From positions 140,857 to 204,856 of the forward strand of contig CAZPMH010000001.1 in assembly GCA_964587815.1 (NCBI GenBank): DNA of 64,000 bases, given 5' to 3'. The stretch is from an uncultured Micavibrio sp. (lineage in GTDB: Bacteria > Pseudomonadota > Alphaproteobacteria > Micavibrionales > Micavibrionaceae). The notes beneath the pieces were generated by a model that saw nothing but the letters and a program-made list of their open reading frames with translations, made no database searches and was not told the DNA's origin. This document shows positions 49,236 to 58,499 of this stretch, piece by piece. Numbering within the stretch: position 1 is the stretch's first letter; every line of letters begins with the position of its first letter. Made by a program: the position numbers and the translations under genes.

Positions 49236-49958
49236 TTAAGCCATGTACTGACCACCATTAGCTGAAATGGTCGCGCCCGTAACAAATGCCGCCTTTTCTG
49301 AGGCCAAGAAGGAGACGATTGCTGCAATCTCCTCAGGTTGCCCCATACGGTTTTCCGGAATTTGACCAACGATGCTTTCCAATACTTTTTCAGGCATAGC
49401 GGCAGTCATCTCTGTTTCGATGTAGCCCGGGCAGATTGTGTTAACGGTTATTTTCTTTGCGGCTGACTCGAGCGCGAGTGCCTTTGTAAAGCCGATCATG
49501 CCTGCCTTCGCTGCAGAGTAATTGACCTGACCGAATTGCCCTTTTTGTCCATTAATTGAGCTGATGTTAATGATGCGCCCGTCTTGACGTTCACGCATTT
49601 TTGCAACAATCGAGCGACACATATTGAAACATGATGTCAGGTTTGTTTCGATTACGTCATGCCAGTTTTCTTCGGGCATTTTGTGCAGTACGCCATCGCG
49701 CGTGATCCCCGCGTTATTAACCAACACCGCAATGGGGCCATGATTTTCTTCGATTTCATTCATTGCCGCTTGGCAACTATCGAAGTTGGCGACATCAACC
49801 TTAATTGTTTCGCATCCGGTTTCTTCATTGAATTTCTTCGCAGCCTCATCATTGCCACGATATACGGCAACAACTTTGAAGCCATCTTCTTTGAGTTGTT
49901 TTGATATGGCTTCACCGATGCCTCGGGTTCCACCTGTTACTACTGCTACTTTTGTCAT
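49236..49958 (-). CDS. phaB: acetoacetyl-CoA reductase (SDR)
   Basis: VAVVTGGTRGIG, NNAGI and YSAAKAG SDR motifs. Adjacent to the thiolase gene. Confidence 0.9.
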   Translation of the reverse strand: MTKVAVVTGGTRGIGEAISKQLKEDGFKVVAVYRGNDEAAKKFNEETGCETIKVDVANFDSCQAAMNEIEENHGPIAVLVNNAGITRDGVLHKMPEENWHDVIETNLTSCFNMCRSIVAKMRERQDGRIINISSINGQKGQFGQVNYSAAKAGMIGFTKALALESAAKKITVNTICPGYIETEMTAAMPEKVLESIVGQIPENRMGQPEEIAAIVSFLASEKAAFVTGATISANGGQYMA

Positions 49959-50003
49959 TATCTTTTCCTGTTCTCAATAAATGTTTTTTAATTTCGTTTT
50001 GGC

Positions 50004-51179
50004 CTAGCGTTCAACACATAGTGCGATACCCATGCCACCGCCGATGCATAGTGTGGCGAGCCCTTTTTTCGCGTCACGGCGTGTCATCTCATGCAATAAT
50101 GTCACAAGAATACGTGTGCCTGACGCCCCAATCGGGTGCCCCAGAGCGATTGCGCCGCCATTCACGTTCGTTTTATCAGGATCAAACCCTGTTTCCTGCA
50201 ATACGGAACAAGCCTGCGCCGCGAAGGCTTCGTTTGATTCAATAAGATCAAGGTCGGAAGCTGACCAGCCCGCCTTTTCCAGAGCGGCCTTTGATGCAGG
50301 AATTGGCCCTGTGCCCATAACGGCGGGATCAACACCGCGTGTTGCCCATGACTTGATTTCAGCGATTGGTTTTAGGCCACGCTTCTCGGCCTCTGACTTT
50401 TTCATCAGAACAACTGCAGCCGCGCCGTCATTAATTCCTGATGCGTTTGCGGCAGTTACCGTACCGTCTTTTTTGAAGGCCGGCCTTAATTTTGCCAAGC
50501 CTTCGGCTGTTACGCCAGCGCGCGGGAATTCGTCTTTATCAACTGTTATAGTCTCTTTGCGTTTCTGGACTTCAACAGGCACGATCTCATCATTAAACTT
50601 TCCTTGATTGATCGCCTCTTCCGCGCGATTTTGAGAGGTTGCAGCGAATAAATCTTGTGCTTCACGAGAGATGCTGAATTTTTCCGCGATGTTTTCGGCT
50701 GTTATGCCCATGTGGTAGTCATTAAATGCATCCCACAAGCCGTCCAAGATCATCGTGTCGCGCATTTGTGCATCACCGAACTTTACAGCCTCGCGCAGGT
50801 GCATTACGTGCGGAGACTGGCTCATATTTTCCTGGCCGCCTGCAATGACAATTTCTGCGTCACCAGCTTGAATAGCCTGAACGCCCATTGCGACAGTGCG
50901 CAAGCCTGAACCACAAACCTGATTAACTGTTATCGCGGTTGCGGCCTGATCAATACCTGCGGCAATTGCCGCCTGTCTTGCCGGGTTTTGCCCACATCCA
51001 GCCGTTAAAACTTGCCCCATAATGACATCATCAATATCTGATGCGCCCAGCTTTGCATCCTCCATCACTTGTTTAATGACAACAGCGCCAAGATCTTTCG
51101 CGCTAATTGTGGACAGGCCGCCGCCAAGTGTGCCAATAGCCGTTCTTTTTGCTGCAACAATTACGATAGGGTCAGACAT
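50004..51179 (-). CDS. phaA: acetyl-CoA C-acetyltransferase (beta-ketothiolase)
   Basis: Thiolase motifs VNQVCGSGL (Cys), [15 protein letters not shown] and CIGGGMG. I prefer the ATG at 51179 over the TTG at 51197. Confidence 0.9.
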   Translation of the reverse strand: MSDPIVIVAAKRTAIGTLGGGLSTISAKDLGAVVIKQVMEDAKLGASDIDDVIMGQVLTAGCGQNPARQAAIAAGIDQAATAITVNQVCGSGLRTVAMGVQAIQAGDAEIVIAGGQENMSQSPHVMHLREAVKFGDAQMRDTMILDGLWDAFNDYHMGITAENIAEKFSISREAQDLFAATSQNRAEEAINQGKFNDEIVPVEVQKRKETITVDKDEFPRAGVTAEGLAKLRPAFKKDGTVTAANASGINDGAAAVVLMKKSEAEKRGLKPIAEIKSWATRGVDPAVMGTGPIPASKAALEKAGWSASDLDLIESNEAFAAQACSVLQETGFDPDKTNVNGGAIALGHPIGASGTRILVTLLHEMTRRDAKKGLATLCIGGGMGIALCVER

Positions 51180-51291
51180 GTTTTTCTTTCCGTTCAAATG
51201 ATTTTTGAGTTGTGTTGAGAATACTCAACTGCGATGAATTATCAAGGTTTAAATTGTTTCAGAGATTAGTCAGATTTGTTCTCAGAACGTT

Positions 51292-52413
51292 TTATTTTTT
51301 AAGCCATTCGATAATTGGGTTCCACACTTGGTCACGTGCTTTATTCCCTACAATAAGGCCGACATGCCCGACATCGGGCGAGAGAATTTCACGACAATTC
51401 GGGTCTATAATTTCGCGCACTTTTATTGCGCTTTCATAGGAGACAATTTTGTCTTGTTTTGATGCAACGACCAGACAGTCATTATCAATCTTCCTTTTTC
51501 CGATTGGCGCACCATTTAAATGATATGTGCTTTCTGAGAGTTGATTTTTTGAAAACCAATTTTCAATACATTCGTGCGCAATTTGGGCAGGTAAATCGAT
51601 TCCATCATTTAGCCAATCTTCCACCATTACAAACAGTTTTGCTTTGTCACTGTCTTGATCCATGTTGGCAAACTTAATGAATTTTTTTGCTGCGCCTTTT
51701 TTATCTAATGACGCAAAGAGAGATTGGATCCATTCACTAGGTAAACTCTGCTTTGTTTGCAAGGTTGGCATTACATGGTTTGACCAAATTTTGATATGCT
51801 GCGCGAGTGTTGAGTTTTCGGCTTTGAAGTCCCATGGCGTTGCGAGCAGAACAATTTTGTTGATTTTGCTGCTGTCTGAGAGTGTGCTGAGAATGCTCAG
51901 CGTCCCCCCCATACAGTAGCCGAGGATGTCGACGGTTTTATTACGTTCGGCGCTTAGATGTTCCACGGCATCATTTATGTGCTGCACAACATCTTGAATT
52001 GATGCGCCTGATTGCATGTTCGTGAGCGCGCCCCAATCCATTAAGTACGTTGGGATACCCGCATTATTAAGGTATCTCAGCACCGATTTTTCAGGTGACA
52101 AATCCAATATGTAAGACTGGTTAATTAATGAGGGAATAATCAGCAAAGGATTTTGTTGCCAGCCACCTTTATTTGAGCCCTCATTCACGCCCTTAGGTTT
52201 AGCCATTGTAACACCGTTGCGCTCCCACGTGACCGCATTATCGGGCTGTTTACGCCTGTGCGGGTGCTGCTGGTATATTTGTATCCCTTCGATTATTTTT
52301 TGTGCATCATCAGGCGACAGGCTTAGGGCGTGGTGACGGTCGTACTCGTAAAGATTAACGCGCGCAGCAATAATGCCCATGTGTGCAGCGAGGGGGTATG
52401 GTGCATCGCGCAT
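51292..52413 (-). CDS. phaC: short (373 aa) PHA synthase-like alpha/beta-hydrolase, class III/IV PhaC type
   Basis: Lipase-box-like catalytic Cys motif ILGYCMGG. Candidate Asp (SKQDKIV) and His (VGHVGLIVG) near the C-terminus. Sits between phaAB and phaR. Confidence 0.65.
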   Translation of the reverse strand: MRDAPYPLAAHMGIIAARVNLYEYDRHHALSLSPDDAQKIIEGIQIYQQHPHRRKQPDNAVTWERNGVTMAKPKGVNEGSNKGGWQQNPLLIIPSLINQSYILDLSPEKSVLRYLNNAGIPTYLMDWGALTNMQSGASIQDVVQHINDAVEHLSAERNKTVDILGYCMGGTLSILSTLSDSSKINKIVLLATPWDFKAENSTLAQHIKIWSNHVMPTLQTKQSLPSEWIQSLFASLDKKGAAKKFIKFANMDQDSDKAKLFVMVEDWLNDGIDLPAQIAHECIENWFSKNQLSESTYHLNGAPIGKRKIDNDCLVVASKQDKIVSYESAIKVREIIDPNCREILSPDVGHVGLIVGNKARDQVWNPIIEWLKK

Positions 52414-52586
52414 ATTTCTGCCGCCTTTTGTTTGTTTTATTGTGCGATTATTATAGTAGCGTATTTATATATCAATGAAAATCTGTGCCTTTGTGTTCAG
52501 AACGCTTTTCCTTTTGTAATTTTTGTGCATAATGGAAGTATTCTGACAGTAATGGTTTTTGCAACATATTTTAAGGAAGGTGCAGC

Positions 52587-53093
52587 ATGGCAGGTTCAAA
52601 AAAGGGCAAAGACGGCCCTACGGTTATTAAGAAATATGCGAACAGGCGGCTTTACGATACAGGTCGCAGCAGTTACGTAACACTTGATGATTTGTGCGAG
52701 ATGGTACAGGAAGAGCATGACTTCGTTGTTGTAGATGCGAAGAGTGGCAAGGATATTACGCGCAGTGTTCTGACACAAATTATTGTTGATCAGGAAGCGG
52801 GTGATGAGACGTTGCTGCCAACTAGCTTTTTGCGCACGCTTATCGGATTTTACGGAAACAACATGCAGGCGATGTTGCCGAGTTATTTGGAGCAGACTAT
52901 GAATGTGTTCGCGCAAAATCAGGAAATGATGCAGGAGCATATTAATAAGTCGCTCGGTGGTATGTTTCCACAACCAGCGAACTTTGAAGATATGGCACGT
53001 AAGAATATGGAGATTTTTGAGCGTACCATGAAAATGATGCCACCGTTCAATATGGCCTATATGGCTGGTAGTGAAGAGCAGAAAGACGATTAA
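52587..53093 (+). CDS. phaR: polyhydroxyalkanoate synthesis repressor PhaR
   Basis: IKKYANRRLYDT...SSYVTLDDL N-terminal DNA-binding motif and a PHB-binding central region. Confidence 0.9.
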   Translation: MAGSKKGKDGPTVIKKYANRRLYDTGRSSYVTLDDLCEMVQEEHDFVVVDAKSGKDITRSVLTQIIVDQEAGDETLLPTSFLRTLIGFYGNNMQAMLPSYLEQTMNVFAQNQEMMQEHINKSLGGMFPQPANFEDMARKNMEIFERTMKMMPPFNMAYMAGSEEQKDD

Positions 53094-53107
53094 TCATCGT
53101 CTTTTTT
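53085..53107 (+). terminator. rho-independent terminator after phaR
   Basis: GACGAT (53085-53090) / ATCGTC (53096-53101) stem with a 5-nt loop, followed by TTTTTT. The stem includes the phaR stop codon. Confidence 0.55.
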
Positions 53108-53125
53108 CTTTAGGTCGCAATCTCT

Positions 53126-54973
53126 TTATTTATTACCTGCGTTAGATAGCGGCTTTAGCTCCATCGAGAGTAAATCTTCGGGGTTCATGTTTTTTAGTGC
53201 TTGCGCGTTTTCTGTCGCAATATTTGTCTCAGCTTTTGAAATGCGCTGACCGTCTTTATTTAGGAGCGGCCTGACATCATCAACTTTCGGATAAGATGTT
53301 TCGACGTACTTTACGCTGCTCTGGCTTTCGAGTTTCTGTGTCGCACCTTTCAACAACTCAATGCGCGCCTTCAGATTTTGGTTTTCAAGAAGTATCGCAT
53401 TCATTTGTGTGTTTTGCGCACTTGGCTTTCCTGATGCGACCTTGCCGACTTGTTCCTGATATTCACGGATTTTCTTTCTGTATTCTTTTGAGGCAATCTT
53501 TTCTTTTTCCAATGCCTGCTCCGCTTCGGTTAGCTTTGCCTGCAAAGAGCGTACTTGAAATGATGAGGCCTGGTTTGTTTTTGCGGCCTGTGACACTTGG
53601 CTATTTTCTGCCTGTAATGCTTTTACAGTCTCTTTTAGTGGCTCGAGCTGAGCGATGTAATTATCGCGTTTTGTAATTTCCGTTTGTAACTTCTGATTCA
53701 GTGCCATCAAATCTTGTGTAGTATCAGATGATGATTGATTGGATTTTGATGCTTGTTCCAGTTGCTGTTTCAAGGCTAGATTTTCACTCATCAGGCGTTC
53801 AGCCGCTTGTGTGGAATTGTCAGCGGATACTAACACTTCATTTTGTGCCTTGATTGTTTGGCGCAGGCTTTCATTTTGTGCCTGAAGATCGGCGATTTTC
53901 TGATCAAATTGCTTTTTTGTCTGGGTTTTAGATTGCGCTGTTTTGTTCGCTTCTTTTAATTGCGCATCTTTTGCGGCAATCTGCGTTTGCAGGGCGCTGT
54001 TATTTTGTGTCAGTTGCGCGAGTTCAGCTTGCAGTGCCGCCAATTTCTGCTCGACTTCCTGTTGCCCTTGGGATTTGAGGTTAGCTTTTTTATTGGCCTC
54101 ATTAAGGAGTGTGTCTTTTGATGCGATTTGCGTCTGTAGAGTGCTGTTGTTTTTACTCAGTTCGCCAAGTTGCGCATTTAATGTTGCCACTTGTTGAAGC
54201 AGTTCGGCTTCTTTGTCTTTCTTCGTATTCGCCAGTTGTGTTGTTTGGGACAATAATCTGTCTGTTGATGCGATTTGGGCATTCAAGTTTTTATTTTCTT
54301 TTTTCAGCGTTTCTAATTCAGATTGCAGGCTGCTGATGATTTGGCTTTGTTGGCGTTTTTCGTTTTCTGCACTGCCTTGGCTTGCTGCGATCTGGTTTTG
54401 TTGGCTTAGCAAGCTGGCCTTTAGTGTTTTGTTTTCCTGCTCTAATGACTGGAGGTTGGCGCTTAATGCATTAATCTGCGTTTGCATCTCTGCGCTAGCG
54501 GCGGCTTCGCTATTGCGTTGCGCCAGAGCGCTGCGTAATTGCTCATTGCTGCGTTTGACCTGATCCACTTCTTTTTTTAGGGCCTTCACGGCTCTGCTAT
54601 CTGTTGACGCGCCGCTTGTTCGCGCTGCCTTTTCCATTGTCATGACACGTTTGGTCAGGCGATTATTTTCTTCAATAAGCGCCTGAATTTGTGCATTTTT
54701 CTTACCTGTTTCATTCGCGCCTGCAGCCGGATTTATGGCGTTCAATTGACGGCGCATTTGGGTGATGCTGTTTCTTAATTGTTCGTTCTCGCGCTCTAGC
54801 TGTTCGATGCGCGATAAGGGATAAGACGTGGTTTTGCGCGGTACGGGCACTGTTTTTCTGTCTTCCCATCCTGCCAGCACAATACCTTCCGTTACGCGTT
54901 GTTGCGTTTCGGTGGCATTTACATGCATTGTTACGAATAAAAGAGGAATCGCATATAGCGCGGTCTTATTCAT
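53126..54973 (-). CDS. secreted Gln/Ala/Lys-rich coiled-coil protein
   Basis: Signal peptide from the ATG at 54973 (MNKTALYAIPLLFVTMHVNA), then about 550 residues of heptad-like low-complexity helix. No globular domain recognised. Confidence 0.7.
   Translation of the reverse strand: MNKTALYAIPLLFVTMHVNATETQQRVTEGIVLAGWEDRKTVPVPRKTTSYPLSRIEQLERENEQLRNSITQMRRQLNAINPAAGANETGKKNAQIQALIEENNRLTKRVMTMEKAARTSGASTDSRAVKALKKEVDQVKRSNEQLRSALAQRNSEAAASAEMQTQINALSANLQSLEQENKTLKASLLSQQNQIAASQGSAENEKRQQSQIISSLQSELETLKKENKNLNAQIASTDRLLSQTTQLANTKKDKEAELLQQVATLNAQLGELSKNNSTLQTQIASKDTLLNEANKKANLKSQGQQEVEQKLAALQAELAQLTQNNSALQTQIAAKDAQLKEANKTAQSKTQTKKQFDQKIADLQAQNESLRQTIKAQNEVLVSADNSTQAAERLMSENLALKQQLEQASKSNQSSSDTTQDLMALNQKLQTEITKRDNYIAQLEPLKETVKALQAENSQVSQAAKTNQASSFQVRSLQAKLTEAEQALEKEKIASKEYRKKIREYQEQVGKVASGKPSAQNTQMNAILLENQNLKARIELLKGATQKLESQSSVKYVETSYPKVDDVRPLLNKDGQRISKAETNIATENAQALKNMNPEDLLSMELKPLSNAGNK
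53867..54307 (-). repeat. three in-frame tandem units of 147 nt (49 aa) inside the coiled-coil gene
   Basis: Unit starts at 53967, 54114 and 54261 on the plus strand are exactly 147 nt apart. Peptide units: LKKENKNLNAQIASTDRLL..., LSKNNSTLQTQIASKDTLL..., LTQNNSALQTQIAAKDAQL... Confidence 0.75.
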
Positions 54974-55113
54974 GTTTGAGCCTTTTTGCACAGATTAATC
55001 CACAAAATAATATTATGTTAAGACTGCTTTTGCAAGAATAAACGCGGGCGTGCTTGTTGCGGGTAAGCGTTTATACTTTGTGACAAGAGCTATAATATCG
55101 TATTACTGGTATC

Positions 55114-55476
55114 ATGAATGCAAAACGATACTTAAAATCCGAAGAAATACAGCTTATAGAAGCGCTTATTAAATTCGCCGGAGACGAGTGGTGCTTTTTA
55201 AAAACAGATCTCAATAAAACTTTTGTTGCCGATATGCAGGACGGAGAAATGGGCAGTCTTCTATTTCACCCTGAGAAAAGAGAACGTAGGAGTTTGGGAC
55301 AGGTTATAGCAGAAGCTGAATATCACGATGCTGATGGGACTTTAGTTTCCGTTACCTTGAACTTGGATGAGGACGCCCAATTATTTGAGCTTGATAGCTG
55401 GAAAGTCGATTTTTCAAAGTTGCAACGTATTGCAGACTTAAAAGACATAAACTTTAAGAAGCCCGGGTGTCATTAA
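55114..55476 (+). CDS. hypothetical small cytoplasmic protein (120 aa)
   Basis: Clean ORF. The pattern (L..EE..LI..L.........M.DG.MGSL.F........G..I.E..Y.D.DG..V...LNLDE...L.ELD.WKVDFS.L) resembles a widespread uncharacterised DUF that I cannot name with certainty. Confidence 0.5.
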   Translation: MNAKRYLKSEEIQLIEALIKFAGDEWCFLKTDLNKTFVADMQDGEMGSLLFHPEKRERRSLGQVIAEAEYHDADGTLVSVTLNLDEDAQLFELDSWKVDFSKLQRIADLKDINFKKPGCH

Positions 55477-56574
55477 GCCTCAGCGTTCTGTGCTAAGGCG
55501 GCTTCGAGGAAGGTGTCGATGTCGCCGTCCAGGACGGCTTGGGATTGGCTGGTTTCCACTTCGGTGCGTAGGTCTTTGATCATTTGATAAGGGTGTAGCA
55601 CGTAAGAGCGGATTTGATGCCCCCAGCCGATATCTGTTTTCTCGCCATGCGCTTCGGCCTGTTCATCGGCGCGTTTTTGTAATTCCTGTTCATACAATTT
55701 CGCGCGAAGTATTTCCATTGCCATTGCTTTATTTTGATGTTGAGAACGGCCGTTTTGGCAAGCGACGACGGTATTTGTCGGGATGTGAGTCAGGCGTACG
55801 GCGCTGTCTGTTTTGTTGACGTGCTGGCCGCCTGCGCCGCTGGAGCGGTAGGTATCAACGCGGAGGTCTTTTTCATCGATTTGAATATCGATTGAATCGT
55901 CAACCACGGGTGAGACAGAGACAGATGCAAAGCTGGTGTGGCGGCGGTCGTTCGAATCAAATGGAGAAATTCTTACAAGACGATGCACGCCTGTTTCGGT
56001 TTTGAGCCAGCCGTAAGCCTGGTGACCTGCGATTTTTAGGGTCGTTGATTTAATGCCTGCTTCGTCGCCCTCGCTCCGTTCAAGTGTGGTGAGCGAAAAA
56101 CCGCGCCCTTCGGCCCATCGCATATACATACGCAGGATCATTTCCGCCCAATCCTGCGCCTCGGTTCCGCCTGCGCCTGCGTTGATTTGCAGATAAGCAT
56201 CGTTGGAGTCGACTTCGCCTGACATCAGGCTTTCAAGGCGTTTGCGCAAAGCCTTTTTCTGAAGCCTGTTCAGAGCGTTTTCACATTCTTTTATGACGGC
56301 CTTGTCGCTCTCCTCCTCTGCCATTTCGAGAAGGTCGATGTTGTCTTGCAGTTCGTTTTCGATTTCGCGAACGGCTGTTACGGATTGATCGATATGGGCC
56401 CGTTCGCGCATCAGTTTTTGCGCTTTTTTTGCGTCGTCCCAAAGGTTTGGGTCTTCTAACAAGGCATTTAATTCTTCGAGGCGTTTGAGGGCATTGTCCC
56501 AGTCAAAGATGCCTCCGAATAAGGCCTGTTGCTTCGGTGACTGTGTTTGATATTTCCTGAATTTCTGCACGCAT
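55473..56574 (-). CDS. prfB: peptide chain release factor 2 (requires programmed +1 frameshift)
   Basis: Frame 0 reads ATG (56574) [23 protein letters not shown] then TGA. The +1 frame continues [12 protein letters not shown]... through the SPF and GGQ ([12 protein letters not shown]) motifs to the stop at 55473. Confidence 0.9.
56502..56516 (-). other. RF2 autoregulatory +1 frameshift site (GGAGG-CAT-CTT-TGA-C)
   Basis: The minus strand reads GGAGG CAT CTT TGA C. This is an SD-like element 3 nt upstream of the slippery CTT followed by in-frame TGA C, the same architecture as E. coli prfB. Confidence 0.85.
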
Positions 56575-56659
56575 TGTTTTCAACACCCTATAAATCATTA
56601 AAACGCATTTGGCTTTTTGCCATCACTGCATTTTAATCTGCGTTTTTATGATTTAAAAA

Positions 56660-57280
56660 TCAAGCGGCTTGATATGAGCTTGGCAAATCGCCCGATGATG
56701 CGACTTTTTCAACATATGGCTCATTTTTCAGAACGGCGTCTATCGCATTGATCAATTTTTCTTCTGATTCTTCACGATATCGTGACAATGTAATCAGGTT
56801 TTTACTTACCACCAAATTTTCAGGGGCACAGCGCCCGCCTGATTTTTTGACAGTGTCGCAAAGATCAGCCTTTGTCGCCATGGAATACCCTTTTGACAGA
56901 CCCACAAAGTTTATGAGGTCGATGCCTAGATTATAAGCGACGATAGGCTTGCCTGTGTTCACGAAGGACGCGATAAGCGTGCGCAATTCAGGCTGGTTTT
57001 TTAATTTGTTGGTGCTTCTTTCGCCGCCGGGAATAACAAGTACGTCAAATTCTGAAGGAATGCAGTTTTTAATCGCGGCATCAACCGCATATTGGCTGCC
57101 CCAGTTGGATGCGTTCTGTTCTTTTTCTTCGTTCCACGCGGTTACTATTGTTTCACTGGTGGAAACAACCCGACAAAAAATGCCAAGTTTTCGTAAGGCA
57201 TTTTGTGATTGTAACAGTTCGCGTTCACAGAAGCCGTTTTCCACGAGGAAAAGTGCTTTTCTGTTTTCTTGATCAGTCAT
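56660..57280 (-). CDS. DJ-1/PfpI-family (class I glutamine amidotransferase-like) protein lacking the nucleophile Cys
   Basis: FDVLVIPGG...GKPIVAYNLG aligns to PfpI FDALVLPGG...GKPVASICHG. The Cys-His dyad is replaced by Asn-Leu. Confidence 0.7.
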   Translation of the reverse strand: MTDQENRKALFLVENGFCERELLQSQNALRKLGIFCRVVSTSETIVTAWNEEKEQNASNWGSQYAVDAAIKNCIPSEFDVLVIPGGERSTNKLKNQPELRTLIASFVNTGKPIVAYNLGIDLINFVGLSKGYSMATKADLCDTVKKSGGRCAPENLVVSKNLITLSRYREESEEKLINAIDAVLKNEPYVEKVASSGDLPSSYQAA

Positions 57281-57526
57281 ATTGCCTGCCTTGTGTTTTA
57301 TCTTGTTTTACTAATGTAACATAATCACCCTATCTTAACTTTTTGTGCATTGCAACAATAATTGCTTATTACCAACAAAATTGTAGATAAACGCAAAGTA
57401 AACTTTACATTTGTCGCGTGGAGGGCTAAAAATTTAGATGTTATATGAGAATCATGTTTTTTATCTTTCCATTTGAAAACACAGATAAAAACCAAATAAT
57501 TAGGTGTAGTTTTAAGGAGCAAATAA

Positions 57527-58402
57527 ATGAAATCCGTGCGTAATCTATTTTTAGCCGTTGGGGTTGTCGCCTTGAGTGGTTGTACAATGTTTGACACTTA
57601 CAGCGAAGTCGACGCGCTAAATGAGGTTCAACCTGTTGGTAGCCCGTTTACGCAAGCCTTGGCCAATGAGTATAAGGGTTTTGCAAATATGCAGCTTGAT
57701 AAGGCGTTGGATTACCCTGATGCTCTACACTTTGCGCGCAAAGGTCTGGCTGCTGCCGGTGGTGATGCCGTGATGCCAGAGCCAGTGAGTGACTGGAATC
57801 TAAGCGAAGACCACATTAAAGAATTAGCTGCTGCGCGTGGCCGTTTGGTTATTGCTTATGATTTGGGTGCACGTGAAATTGCGCCTGCAACTGCGGCTTT
57901 GGCACAAGCTAAGTTTGATTGCTGGATTGAAGATCAGGAAGAAAACTGGAAGTCAACTGCGCCTTTGGAGTGTAAGACCGCATTCTTGAACACCTTGTCA
58001 GAATTGGAAGGCTTGATTCAACAGACACCACAGCCTGTTGAAGTGGTTGAGCCGGCACCGATGGTTCCTGAGGAAGCACTTTACCTTGTGTTCTTTAACT
58101 GGGATTCAACAGAATTAAGCTCAGGTGCCAAAAATGTGCTGGATGCGGTAGCAAAAGAAGTTGCGAAGAACCCGCCAGAGCAAGTGATTATTGTTGGTCA
58201 TGCTGATACGTCGGGTAACACGGATTATAACGACCGCCTTGCATTCAAACGTGCGACAGCCGTCAAAGATGCATTGGTTGAGCGTGGTGTCTCTGCAGAT
58301 ATGCTGGTAGTTGAAAGCCGCGGTGAGCAAGAGCTTCTTGTTTCAACATCAGATGATGTGCGTGAGCCGGCCAACCGACGAGCGAACATCTCATTCAAGT
58401 AA
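57527..58402 (+). CDS. OmpA-family peptidoglycan-associated lipoprotein
   Basis: Lipobox LSGC. C-terminal OmpA_C domain (FNWDS..L......LD.....IVGHADTSGNTDYNDRLAFKRA..V...L...G...RGE...PANRRA). Confidence 0.85.
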   Translation: MKSVRNLFLAVGVVALSGCTMFDTYSEVDALNEVQPVGSPFTQALANEYKGFANMQLDKALDYPDALHFARKGLAAAGGDAVMPEPVSDWNLSEDHIKELAAARGRLVIAYDLGAREIAPATAALAQAKFDCWIEDQEENWKSTAPLECKTAFLNTLSELEGLIQQTPQPVEVVEPAPMVPEEALYLVFFNWDSTELSSGAKNVLDAVAKEVAKNPPEQVIIVGHADTSGNTDYNDRLAFKRATAVKDALVERGVSADMLVVESRGEQELLVSTSDDVREPANRRANISFK

Positions 58403-58429
58403 GATGAGTATCGACCTAATTTCAAAGAG

Positions 58430-58458
58430 GAAGCGTGATCAAATTACGCTTCTTTTTT
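58430..58458 (+). terminator. rho-independent terminator after the OmpA-family gene
   Basis: GAAGCGT (58430-58436) / ACGCTTC (58446-58452) 7-bp stem with a 9-nt loop, followed by TTTTTT. Confidence 0.7.
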
Positions 58459-58499
58459 ATTGGATACCCTCATCCCTTCACTCGTAAGAGGTTTTCGAT

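Noticed and set aside
50032-50607. 191-aa plus-strand ORF antisense to the thiolase gene
   Set aside because: It is a shadow ORF of a high-G+C, strongly supported thiolase gene.
52518-52550. dif-like sequence (GTGCATAATG...) upstream of phaR
   Set aside because: Only the XerC-arm-like GCATAAT matches. The central region and XerD arm (TTATGTTAAAT-type) are absent.
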